In this document: positions 8,188 to 16,882 of the stretch, in pieces
How positions within the stretch are numbered: the stretch's first letter is position 1
Layout: each line of letters opens with the position of its first letter
Origin: Verrucomicrobiota bacterium
GTDB lineage: Bacteria; Verrucomicrobiota; Kiritimatiellia; CAIQIC01; JAGNIJ01
NCBI GenBank assembly: GCA_036821485.1
Contig: DAISJM010000005.1
Location: 16,815-80,814, forward strand
DNA length: 64,000 nucleotides
Direction: 5' to 3'
Position numbers and translations under genes: made by a program
Notes under the pieces: generated by a model
What the model saw: the letters and a program-made list of their open reading frames with translations, nothing else
Told to the model about the DNA's origin: nothing
Databases searched by the model: none

Positions 8188-11100
8188 TCAATTCTTCTGA
8201 AGTTCCTGCTGGGCGGTATAGCGCAGGCGGACGGCATCATCGCTGGTGAGCTCGCCCGACTTGGCCAGGCTGGGGACGGCGGCATAGACGAAATCGGCCA
8301 ACTGTTCGCGGGTCCAGCCCTTCTTCTCCTGCAGCAGGCGCAGGTATTCGATATCCTGCAGGGCGCGACGCAGGGTCTTCAGCCGGAGCGATGCATAGGG
8401 TTTGTCCTGGTTCGCGGGCATGCCGCAGTAGAACAGCGACTGCGGACTCCCGCGGAGCCAATGTTCGGGAAGACCGATGGTCTCGCGGATGCTCCATCCG
8501 TCCGCGCCTTCGCAGAAGCCGGCGAGAGCCGTGGCTTCGACATCCAGCGGGGTCCGGCCCAGCGGTGCGCCTTCCGTCATCAGCCACAGCGTTTCGTCGG
8601 ATAATTTCTGCCGTTCACGCAGGCGCTGCCACGACAGGGGATCGGTATCGCTCACCGTCAGCAGGGAGAAAACGCCGATGCCGTAGTTGCCGATCAGACT
8701 CCCGTCGGGGACCGTGACGCGGAAGACAAACTTGTTCTTGGGCCATGCCGAGGCATCCGATGCGGCGACCAAGGCATAGGATTCCAAGGCCATGAAGTCG
8801 TCACGGAACAGAGGCTCACCAAGAAACCATGGCGGTGCCTTGCCCTTGTACGCGGTGGTCGGGACGTTGTTCAGCCAGAGATGCGCTGCGGTGGTGGACC
8901 AACCGCGGGATCTCAGATGCTCGCGAAACTTCTGGAGCGACGAACGGAAAGCCCGCCAGTAGTTGTTGTCGAGGCAGCTATAGATGCCCTCGGCAGGTCC
9001 GCTGAACACCTTGCATCCCGAGGGGGTGATGACTTCCTGATCCGTGCAGAGAAATCCGTCGAGCAGTGAGGCCGGCCAATTCTCGAAGAGCGGAAGAATA
9101 AAATGCGAGGCGGGTTCGCTGCCTTGGTCCAGGCCGCTGAATACGGAGCCGTCGATCACCCCTGCGTATCGATCGTCCCACGCCTGCCACGAGGGGATGG
9201 TGAGGTCGACGCCCTTTCCTGCGACGCGCGGGGCGAAAGGTTCCGTTACCTCACCATTCCTCTGATAGGGCAGCACGGCCATGGTGCAGAGGTGCTCGCG
9301 AGCCATGCGGTAGTAGGCCTGTTCAACGGGCAGGGCGTCATCCCTGTTCATCGCATCCTTCTTGTAGAGGAGCGCGAGCGACGGTGGTGCAAGAAGTTCC
9401 GCGGTGAATTCCGGTCTCGGCAGCGTGATGGGCAGGACTTCGAGATTCACATTCAGTTCGCTGGAGGTTCCGTCATCGCGGGTGATCTGGATGGGGCCGC
9501 GATAGACGCCCGGTGCGGTGGACGCGGGTATGTACAATTCAGCCAGCACGGATTGGCACGTTTGATTCGGCAGCCGATTGGGCAGCGCGGAGAGGGTCAT
9601 ACTTCCGGAGAGTGGAAGCAGAAGGTCGGCCGTCCAAATGCCGCCATCCGCCGGTGTGGTGGTGTGCGTATACCACGCCCGGTAGAAACGGAAGCCGACA
9701 CCCGGCATGCCGCTCTTCCCCGCTTGGAGCGGCTGCGCGGAGAATTTGAGCGTGGGGAAATCGGCTCCTTTCTTCACCAGGGAAATGATGAAACTGACGG
9801 TCTCATTTCGCGCAGCGCGAAGCCGAATGGTGCGGGAGGTGCGGTCCCATATATGAGACGAGGTCAGCGGTGCGCGGGCACGCGTTGCGTCGGCGTAGGC
9901 GCCGTTGATTGGGTCCACAGCGGCGGTCTCGTCGATGACCTGGAGACCGAGGGCGTTGGCGGCCACATCGATCGGTGCCGCGTCATACGTGTCGAGCTTG
10001 GCGGTCTCGGGCAGGGAGAGCAACTGGGGCGTGCGCACGGTTACTTCATTGAATGGGCCGGCCTGACCTGCTTCGTCGACGGCGCGAACGAAGAAGATGT
10101 AGGACATGTCGGGCTCAAGCTCATCGACGATCATCTGATCCTTCTGGCCGCCGGGTTGCGGGAACGGGATCAGGTTGCGCGGCATGTCCTGTGCGCGATC
10201 GGCGGTGTTCGGGGCCAGGGCCCAGCGCACGTCGTAACGGAAAGCTTGTCCCTCCTTGCCGTCGTCGCCCGGCGCGGTCCATGTGAGGAGAATGCCCACG
10301 CGGTCTCGCCGACGGAGGGACGGATGCGCATAGGCGCAGAGGTCCGACACATCACCGGGTGGCGCCATATCGATGAGGGCACCCTCGACTTCCAGATAGT
10401 GGCTGTTTTCCGCATCCTCGCGGCTGGCCACGGAGAGGGGTGCGTCGAGCTGCCCCTTGGCGTCCGTGATGGCCACGCCGTAGGCGGCATCGGCGACAAG
10501 AGCTTGGATCACGATGGGGTCGAGCGAGATGGATATCCAACCGTCAGCGTTGGTGGATGTCGAACCGAGTTCGCCGAACGCGGTGATGGAGCCGCCATTT
10601 CCGCGGATGACGTGAGGCAATGACGCGCCGTCTTGTCGCCAGGGCCGGTTGCCATAGTTCGCCCAGCGGAAGGTAGCGCCGGCGGTGGTCATGTCCTGCG
10701 TTGTGCCCTTGCCTTCGTCCCATGGCGTGGGAAGTGTGCTGAAGCCGAGGGCACGGCCCCGCCCGGATTTCACTTTGGCGTTCCACGTTGCGCGGTTGAT
10801 GGTCCATCCGCGGATTCGGCTGATGTCAAATTGGGCCAGCACCATGGAATCGTTGCCCTGCAGGAGCAGTTCCGTGGCGGCGCCGACATTGTGATCTTCG
10901 TTTCGCGAGACGGATGTGTCTGCGACCGGCGTCAGGCGCGCCTGTTTGAGGTGGGCGCGCTCAATATAGCCGGGCGACCAGACCGTGGGCCGTGGCGGTT
11001 TGATGTCCGGTACGGTTGATGTGTCGGGCGCCGGCGATGCGGGAGCCGGTGCAGCCGTCGGGGCTGATGTGGTGGAAACAGGGGTGGCGACCTTGGGTGC

Positions 11101-11373
11101 CGGGGAAGGGGATTGAACAGCCGCAGGGGTTTCTACCCGCTCGGTCCGCCTGACCACCTTGGCACCCGGGGGCAGGTTGGGGTAGAACTCGGCCTCGCTC
11201 TTGGCTCCCTCGCGCGATTTCAGCTGTGCATTGCGGACGCCCTTGTAGAACAGGCCGCCGAGGGCAATGGAGACGATAACGGCTGAGGCGTAGACCAAGC
11301 CGGAAACGAAGTTGAACGGCATCACCGATTTGTGGCGGTGAGGCGTCACATGGCGTTTACGAATTTTCCGCAT
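8188..11373 (-). CDS. Large membrane-anchored exported protein with Pro/Ala/Thr-rich linker and fibronectin-III-like domain (hypothetical, ~1060 aa)
   Basis: Single N-terminal TM (VSGLVYASAVIVSIALGGLF), a PAPKVATPVSTTSAPTAAPAPASPAPD linker, and an fn3-like segment LTWTAPGDDGKEGQAFRYDVRWA. Last gene of the minus-strand cluster after wzm/wzt. Start is M at 11373 (ORF extends to 11448). Confidence 0.6.
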   Translation of the reverse strand: MRKIRKRHVTPHRHKSVMPFNFVSGLVYASAVIVSIALGGLFYKGVRNAQLKSREGAKSEAEFYPNLPPGAKVVRRTERVETPAAVQSPSPAPKVATPVSTTSAPTAAPAPASPAPDTSTVPDIKPPRPTVWSPGYIERAHLKQARLTPVADTSVSRNEDHNVGAATELLLQGNDSMVLAQFDISRIRGWTINRATWNAKVKSGRGRALGFSTLPTPWDEGKGTTQDMTTAGATFRWANYGNRPWRQDGASLPHVIRGNGGSITAFGELGSTSTNADGWISISLDPIVIQALVADAAYGVAITDAKGQLDAPLSVASREDAENSHYLEVEGALIDMAPPGDVSDLCAYAHPSLRRRDRVGILLTWTAPGDDGKEGQAFRYDVRWALAPNTADRAQDMPRNLIPFPQPGGQKDQMIVDELEPDMSYIFFVRAVDEAGQAGPFNEVTVRTPQLLSLPETAKLDTYDAAPIDVAANALGLQVIDETAAVDPINGAYADATRARAPLTSSHIWDRTSRTIRLRAARNETVSFIISLVKKGADFPTLKFSAQPLQAGKSGMPGVGFRFYRAWYTHTTTPADGGIWTADLLLPLSGSMTLSALPNRLPNQTCQSVLAELYIPASTAPGVYRGPIQITRDDGTSSELNVNLEVLPITLPRPEFTAELLAPPSLALLYKKDAMNRDDALPVEQAYYRMAREHLCTMAVLPYQRNGEVTEPFAPRVAGKGVDLTIPSWQAWDDRYAGVIDGSVFSGLDQGSEPASHFILPLFENWPASLLDGFLCTDQEVITPSGCKVFSGPAEGIYSCLDNNYWRAFRSSLQKFREHLRSRGWSTTAAHLWLNNVPTTAYKGKAPPWFLGEPLFRDDFMALESYALVAASDASAWPKNKFVFRVTVPDGSLIGNYGIGVFSLLTVSDTDPLSWQRLRERQKLSDETLWLMTEGAPLGRTPLDVEATALAGFCEGADGWSIRETIGLPEHWLRGSPQSLFYCGMPANQDKPYASLRLKTLRRALQDIEYLRLLQEKKGWTREQLADFVYAAVPSLAKSGELTSDDAVRLRYTAQQELQKN

Positions 11374-11476
11374 CAACCCCTCTCCCGACCCGTGGGGAAC
11401 CAAATGGCCTCCATCCGCAGGATACAACGAAACAGACCGTGGATACAAGGCCGGAGCGCGGGGTCAACGCAGCCTT

Positions 11477-12658
11477 TCAGTGTGCCGCATGGTGATCCCA
11501 TGCGGCGCTGAGCTGGAAAATGCCGATGGCCTGCGTCGGATTCTTTACGGCGAAGGGGTACCAGTCTTCCCGGCGGTGGAATTGCACGGCGTGGTCCCAT
11601 GAGTGGACGGAAAGCGAGAGGAAGAAATTGCCCTGCATGAGGGTCAGTGGATCGATGCGGAGGCGGACCGAACCCTCACCCTCAATGGAGGGGATGCGGT
11701 AGTTGGCAATCTGGGTGTTGGAGCCGAAGACGTAGAACCCATTGCCGGTCTTGATGGAGAACCCGAAAACGGGATTGTCGATTTTCTTGCCGGCGCGGTA
11801 GAAAATCTCTGCGACGAGCGGCTGTCCCGTGGTGAAGGTCGCGGCCTCATGGCCCGCTGCGTCGAGGAGTTTGACGTCGGTGATCTCCACGTCGCGGGTG
11901 CCATACTCCTGCGTGTAGAGATAGCCGCCTTCGCCCATGTAGGCCTTGATATACTTCAGGATCACGTCGGACGGGTTGCCGCGTTCCACGAGCCGGCCGT
12001 GGTGGATCAGAAATGCCTCGTCGCAGAATTCCTCGACGGTTTGCAGCGCGTGGGACACGAAGAGCAGCGTCTTGCCCTTGCGCTGAAATTCACGGATGCG
12101 ATCAAGACACCTGAGCTGGAAGGCGATGTCGCCGACGGCGAGCACCTCGTCGATCAGCAGGATGTCCGGGTTCATTTCGACGGCGACGGCAAAGCCGAGT
12201 CGGACATACATGCCGCTGGAGTAATGCTTCACCGGCATATCGATGAAGTCCTTCAGTCCGGCGAAATCGACGATGTGGTCGAAACGGCGGCGCACGTCCT
12301 CGCGCGCGATGCCGAGGATGGCCGCATTGAGAAAGACGTTTTCGCGACCGGTGAGGTCGGGGTGGAACCCCGCGCCCAGTTCCAGTAGCGAAGAGATGCG
12401 CCCGTCGGTGGTGATGGAGCCCTGCGTGGGCGTGATGGTGCCGGCCACGAGGCCCAGCAGGGAGCTTTTGCCCGAACCGTTGGGGCCGATAACGCCGACG
12501 GTGCGGCCCTTGGGAATGGTGAAATCGACGTCGTGCAGGGCCCAGAACGGCTCTGTCCGTGCGCCGCGAAGTGAGTTCAAAATGGAACCGAACAGCGTGG
12601 GCGGCGCGACGCCCTGCTTCCGGTAGCACTTGCTCACGTTTCTGGCTTCAATAGCGTT
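11477..12658 (-). CDS. wzt: ABC-2 type polysaccharide/O-antigen exporter ATP-binding protein with C-terminal substrate-binding domain (Wzt/TagH-like)
   Basis: Walker A GPNGSGKSSLL, signature YSSGM, Walker B LLIDEVLAVGD, H-loop FVSHA, plus a ~140-aa C-terminal beta-rich extension typical of Wzt. The start MNAIEARNVSKCY lies immediately after the wzm stop. Confidence 0.85.
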   Translation of the reverse strand, partial: NAIEARNVSKCYRKQGVAPPTLFGSILNSLRGARTEPFWALHDVDFTIPKGRTVGVIGPNGSGKSSLLGLVAGTITPTQGSITTDGRISSLLELGAGFHPDLTGRENVFLNAAILGIAREDVRRRFDHIVDFAGLKDFIDMPVKHYSSGMYVRLGFAVAVEMNPDILLIDEVLAVGDIAFQLRCLDRIREFQRKGKTLLFVSHALQTVEEFCDEAFLIHHGRLVERGNPSDVILKYIKAYMGEGGYLYTQEYGTRDVEITDVKLLDAAGHEAATFTTGQPLVAEIFYRAGKKIDNPVFGFSIKTGNGFYVFGSNTQIANYRIPSIEGEGSVRLRIDPLTLMQGNFFLSLSVHSWDHAVQFHRREDWYPFAVKNPTQAIGIFQLSAAWDHHAAH

Positions 12659-12660
12659 CA

Positions 12661-13461
12661 TCAGAGCATATCCGCAAAAAATCTCTGGGCGCGTTCGAAT
12701 ACTGCGCAGGCCACCGCAAACAGAACCAGCGGGATGGCCAGGCCGATGATGCTGGAGACGGTCCACGGAAAAACAGCGCCCGGCAGCGTGATCGCGCGGT
12801 AGGCGGTGATGATGACGGCCATCGGGTTCAGCAAATACAGATCCATGACCCACGGGGCCTTGCCCGCGAAGCGTTCGACAAAGGAAAGATTATACATCAC
12901 CGGGCTGACGAAGAACCATGCGCTGAGAAGTACGCCGACGAGGTGTTGCGTGTCGCGAAAGTAGACGTTGGAGCTGGAGAGCAGCAGGGCGATGGCGAGG
13001 TTGAAGATCGTGTGATAGAGCACGACCACGGGGAGAAGGAGCAGCCACCCGCTCATCGATGCGCCACGCACGTGCAGCAGCACGGCAACGATGACAAACT
13101 GGACGAGGAGCGAGAGAAGAAAATTCACGAGGTTTGCCAGTGTGTTCGCGGTGGGCAGGATGATGCGGGGGAAGAAGACCTTCTTCACCAGGTTCGAGTT
13201 GCCGGTGATGCTGGTCAGGCCGCCGCTGACGGAGAGCGCTGTGAACTGCCACGCAAAGACGCCGATGATGATTTCCTCGGTCGGAACGCCGCGCCCGGCG
13301 AGCAGGCGGAGAAAGAAGACATAGATGATGGCCATCAGGAGCGGGGTCAGAATGCTCCAGAGAAAACCAAGGAGGGAGCCCTTGTAGCGGCTCTTCAACT
13401 CGCGGGAGACGAGATTCGCCAGCAGCTCGCGTCGCCCGGACAATGTGCGAAGAAAACTCAT
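12661..13461 (-). CDS. wzm: ABC-2 type exporter permease (Wzm/TagG/KpsM family)
   Basis: 6-TM ABC-2 permease. Directly upstream of, and translationally coupled to, the Wzt-like ATPase. Confidence 0.8.
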   Translation of the reverse strand: MSFLRTLSGRRELLANLVSRELKSRYKGSLLGFLWSILTPLLMAIIYVFFLRLLAGRGVPTEEIIIGVFAWQFTALSVSGGLTSITGNSNLVKKVFFPRIILPTANTLANLVNFLLSLLVQFVIVAVLLHVRGASMSGWLLLLPVVVLYHTIFNLAIALLLSSSNVYFRDTQHLVGVLLSAWFFVSPVMYNLSFVERFAGKAPWVMDLYLLNPMAVIITAYRAITLPGAVFPWTVSSIIGLAIPLVLFAVACAVFERAQRFFADML

Positions 13462-13506
13462 TGAAACCTTGGCGCGACCCACGGGGTGCTGCGCGCGCTT
13501 TCCTTT

Positions 13507-14010
13507 CTACCGCGATCCGGACTTCTTTTCCAGCGCTTCGAGCACCAACGTGGCCCGGCCGAAGCCCGGCACCTGGTCCTGCGCGCTGATGTTGAGCTCG
13601 GCCAGCCGCCACGGCGGCCTGTTGCCGGACTCCGAGACGCGATCAAGCAATCGGGAAAGATCGGCCAGGCGGATACGATCGATGGTTACTTCCACGCTGC
13701 GCAGGGTCCAGCCTTCGGCTAGGGGACGCGACTCGCGGAGCCGTTGCTGGGTCTCGATGCCGGGGAAGGCGCTGCGGAGAAGGTTGTCCAGCGGCGCGGG
13801 TGTGTGCTGCGGCAGCTTTTCATATAGCTCGATTGCGGCAGTTTCCCGGTCGCAGCCGGCCTGCAGGACGCGCAGTTTTTCCAACGTGTCGATCCGGCTG
13901 CGGATCTGGCGCGCGGATTCCGGTGTAAGGCGCAGCGCCTGCACGGTGATGAGGATTCCGGCGGCGAACATCGCCGCCGACGCCATAAGAAACATGGAGC
14001 GCCGCGTCAC
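13507..14010 (-). CDS. gspM: T2SS protein M / PilO-like bitopic inner-membrane protein
   Basis: 167 aa with N-terminal TM (MFLMASAAMFAAGILITV), a coiled segment and a periplasmic domain. It lies immediately downstream of a GspL-like gene with a 4-bp overlap. Confidence 0.5.
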   Translation of the reverse strand: MTRRSMFLMASAAMFAAGILITVQALRLTPESARQIRSRIDTLEKLRVLQAGCDRETAAIELYEKLPQHTPAPLDNLLRSAFPGIETQQRLRESRPLAEGWTLRSVEVTIDRIRLADLSRLLDRVSESGNRPPWRLAELNISAQDQVPGFGRATLVLEALEKKSGSR

Positions 14011-15464
14011 GATGACGGCCCTCCTGCGGATCGCGCGCCCTTGATGGTGAAATGCACGCGTTCGTCCTCGAGCGCATCCTGCCGTTCGATACTGACGATG
14101 AACCCCGCGTTGCGCAGCGGCGCGGCGAGTCCGGCGCAGCGGTCCCAGTCGGGGGAGCTTCCGCGCAGCGTGGCTACGTCGTCGATCAGCGACAGCGCCT
14201 CGATGTCCATACCCGTGTCGCGCGCGATTTTCAGGATGTCGGACAGCAGGCTGGTGAGGGGTGGTTCAACATTCTGGAGAAAAGGCGTCAGGGTTGGCGC
14301 GCGTTGTTCGATCGCTCGCTGTACGGTCAGGATCTCCTGACCTTTCGGAATTCGCGACGTGCGCGCGAGTTTTGAGGCCAGGCTGCTGATGGATTCCTGC
14401 AGGAGGCCCCGACGCTGCTCCAGGAAAGCGCGCCAGGTCAGTCCCATACCGCAGAGGAGCAAGCCTGCGACAAGGCAGGTTGTGGCGGCCAGCGAGACTT
14501 GGCGTTCCTGCCACAACGCCGCCCGCGGATGCGCGAGGGCGCCCGACCGGAAGTTGCAGGAGAGGGGTGTACTCCGCAGGCTCCGGGCGGCAAGGGCCCG
14601 GGCGAGGAAGAGAGATGGGCGATCGTGTGTCGCAAAGCGAATGCTGCCGGTTCCGCCTAGCGCCGTCTGCAGCGCGGCGATCGCGGTGGATGTGGCGCCG
14701 GGGCCCGTCCATAGCCACAGGACCGGTTGACTGTTGGCGGCGGGTTGCGAGAGCAATACCTGTCGCGCGCGCTGGGCAAATTGGCGGATTCGGTCCGGGT
14801 CGGCTTCCAACTCGGCCCATCCCATTCGGATGGCATGGGAACTGGCGTAATCCAGACCGCGCCCGGTGACCAGTGCTGCATGTTCCGTGCCGAGGCAGGC
14901 CACGATGCGCACGGTGTCCCGCTCGGGAGGAATCTCCTCTGTGCTTTGGCTCCACAGCGCGAGACCTTCGTGGTCCAGCCGGTCCGGCGACACGCCCATG
15001 TCCTCAAGGGCGGCGAGACGTTGCTCGACATCTTCCGTGCGCGCGGCTACGCCGAGGGCGTCCACGGACCCGGCGCTGTTGCGACCTACGCCTACGAACT
15101 CGCACCGGCACGCCTCGATGGGGAAAGGCAACTGGATATCCAGCATGGACGGCAGCACCTTGCGCGCCTTGGTCACGGAGGACAGGGGTGTTTGTATCCA
15201 GCGGGTAAGGCTCTCGTGGACAGGCATGCAGGCCGAGACCAGCGCGTGGCCGGCTTCCGCCTCGGCCCGCACGCGGGCGAGGATGGCGGTGGTCGACGCA
15301 TCGGGCGGACCCGCGTGATCGAGCACCGCTTCTTCCTTCAGCCCGCGTCGTGTCCGCTCGGAGCGAACGACAACCAAGCGGTTGCGCGCGGCGTCGACGC
15401 CATAGCTGATGCTGCATTGCCGGGCTTCAAACATATCCATCTCGCGCTGTGTCAGAAGACCCAC
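14007..15464 (-). CDS. gspL: T2SS protein L-like (PilM-like cytoplasmic actin-fold domain + TM + PilN-like periplasmic domain)
   Basis: Cytoplasmic N-domain ~330 aa, one TM (LAATTCLVAGLLLCGMGLTW), then a periplasmic ~160-aa domain. The architecture matches GspL or a PilM-PilN fusion. Start uncertain (M at 15464 or 15440). Confidence 0.6.
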   Translation of the reverse strand: MGLLTQREMDMFEARQCSISYGVDAARNRLVVVRSERTRRGLKEEAVLDHAGPPDASTTAILARVRAEAEAGHALVSACMPVHESLTRWIQTPLSSVTKARKVLPSMLDIQLPFPIEACRCEFVGVGRNSAGSVDALGVAARTEDVEQRLAALEDMGVSPDRLDHEGLALWSQSTEEIPPERDTVRIVACLGTEHAALVTGRGLDYASSHAIRMGWAELEADPDRIRQFAQRARQVLLSQPAANSQPVLWLWTGPGATSTAIAALQTALGGTGSIRFATHDRPSLFLARALAARSLRSTPLSCNFRSGALAHPRAALWQERQVSLAATTCLVAGLLLCGMGLTWRAFLEQRRGLLQESISSLASKLARTSRIPKGQEILTVQRAIEQRAPTLTPFLQNVEPPLTSLLSDILKIARDTGMDIEALSLIDDVATLRGSSPDWDRCAGLAAPLRNAGFIVSIERQDALEDERVHFTIKGARSAGGPSS

Positions 15465-16762
15465 TGGATCGCGTCCACATCGCCTTGCGCATCGCGCCGG
15501 GCCAGCACGCGAAGGTGCTCGGTTCGGCCCTCGGCATACGCTTGCACGTCGACCACGAATGCGGAACTCTTCACATCAAGATACCTGCCTGCAGTGCGCA
15601 GGAACTGCGGGTCCGCGGAAATCGCGGAGGTTTCCACGGAGCGGATGGGGCCGAGGGCGCGCTGGAAAAGAATGGCCGCCACGAGATCTTCGCGATCGAG
15701 CCCGAGAACGCCAAGAAGGACCTCCTTGCTGGCGGTATTCACGTTGACCGGCAGCGGCCGCGCGCGCGGCAGCGGCACGACGGTAAGGCAGTCCACGAAG
15801 TCGGCGTTGAAGACTTCGAGCGCGCTGTGACGCGGATGCCGTTCAAAAAAGGCGCGTGAGAATCCCCGCACCTGCGCCCACTCACCCCACGAGTAAAGGA
15901 TACGGTTGGCAGGACGGTAGGGCGGCGTCAGCGTTTTGTAGTAGGCGGATTCGCCCGTGCCGTCATCGTCCCCGTCGATCCAGTCCTTGAGGGCTTCGAC
16001 GCGCTCAACGGGGGAGAAGTCGCCGCAGAGCGTCATGATGTCCATCACGATGTCGTCCGCCGTGCGGGTGGAGTTGCCGGTGGTGGTTACGGCGAGATTG
16101 TTGACGTCGAAACAGCGGCTCTCGTCGAGGATGCGCACGCGGGTGGTGATGCCGGAGGGATCCTTGACTTCGCGCGTGATGGCCCACGCCTCATTGGTGT
16201 GGTCCACGACGAGGTCCTCGTCATCGGCGAGCCGTTGGAGGGCGGCGTGTGCGGCGTCCGTGGCCGCATGCTGAAGCTGTGCGGTCAGCACCGAAGCCTG
16301 CCGCTGCCGCAACGCGGCGCGTGCGGCGGTCTGCGCCTGCAGGACGAGTCCGGCGACAAGTCCCAACATGATCAGCACGAGGATCAATACCGCGCCACTT
16401 TCATCGGAAGGGGTTGCCGGATCCGCTTCAACCGTCGCGGGAGTTGCCTCGCCGAACTTCGTATTGAGATAGGGTTGCGGACGGTGCTGGCTGGTGCCTG
16501 TGCCGCGGAATCGCTCCAGGATCAGCCGGAGCACAATGAGGAGGACCCCGACGACAAGGTAGCCGAGGCTGAACGCCGCCATGCGGTGATGATTGGCCGT
16601 GAACACGCGGAGGAAACTCAGCGCGAAGATGATGACGCTGCAGATCAGCGACAGGATGCCCACGACGAGGGACAGCAGCGACACCTTCTTAAAGAAACGT
16701 CGCCGGGCATGGTAAGCGTGGCCCTGTCTCTGCCGGCGTTCTCTGTCTCGGTGCTGCGTCAT
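15452..16762 (-). CDS. gspK: T2SS minor pseudopilin K-like protein (GspK) with an unusual ~110-aa N-terminal extension carrying two extra hydrophobic segments
   Basis: From ~aa 115 there is a hydrophobic pseudopilin-like segment (GAVLILVLIMLGLVAGLVLQAQTAARAALRQRQ), then ...EAWA..., and the GspK helix-hairpin-helix motif PVNVNTASKEVLLGV. The upstream in-frame extension, with two further hydrophobic segments, is atypical. An internal GTG start is possible. Confidence 0.65.
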   Translation of the reverse strand: MTQHRDRERRQRQGHAYHARRRFFKKVSLLSLVVGILSLICSVIIFALSFLRVFTANHHRMAAFSLGYLVVGVLLIVLRLILERFRGTGTSQHRPQPYLNTKFGEATPATVEADPATPSDESGAVLILVLIMLGLVAGLVLQAQTAARAALRQRQASVLTAQLQHAATDAAHAALQRLADDEDLVVDHTNEAWAITREVKDPSGITTRVRILDESRCFDVNNLAVTTTGNSTRTADDIVMDIMTLCGDFSPVERVEALKDWIDGDDDGTGESAYYKTLTPPYRPANRILYSWGEWAQVRGFSRAFFERHPRHSALEVFNADFVDCLTVVPLPRARPLPVNVNTASKEVLLGVLGLDREDLVAAILFQRALGPIRSVETSAISADPQFLRTAGRYLDVKSSAFVVDVQAYAEGRTEHLRVLARRDAQGDVDAIQWVF

Positions 16763-16882
16763 GGGGCCTTACTATGTCGGAAGCCTCCCGGCCGCGCCAC
16801 AAAAAATGGAGGCCCTGTATGACGTCACGGAGCCTGCGCTTGAACTCCGGAAGGCTTTGGAACACAATGCGGCGCGAAAGAA

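Noticed and set aside
9103-10623. 506-aa + strand ORF inside the giant fn3 protein gene
   Set aside because: Antisense shadow with Gly/Arg/Val-rich low complexity. The minus-strand frame has a TM anchor, linker and fn3 features.
14266-15830. Multiple overlapping ORFs on both strands across the gspL-like gene (14266..14955 -, 14727..15830 +, and others)
   Set aside because: Arg/Pro/Gly-rich shadows. The gspL-like frame is the only one with TM and domain logic, and it overlaps the gspM start.
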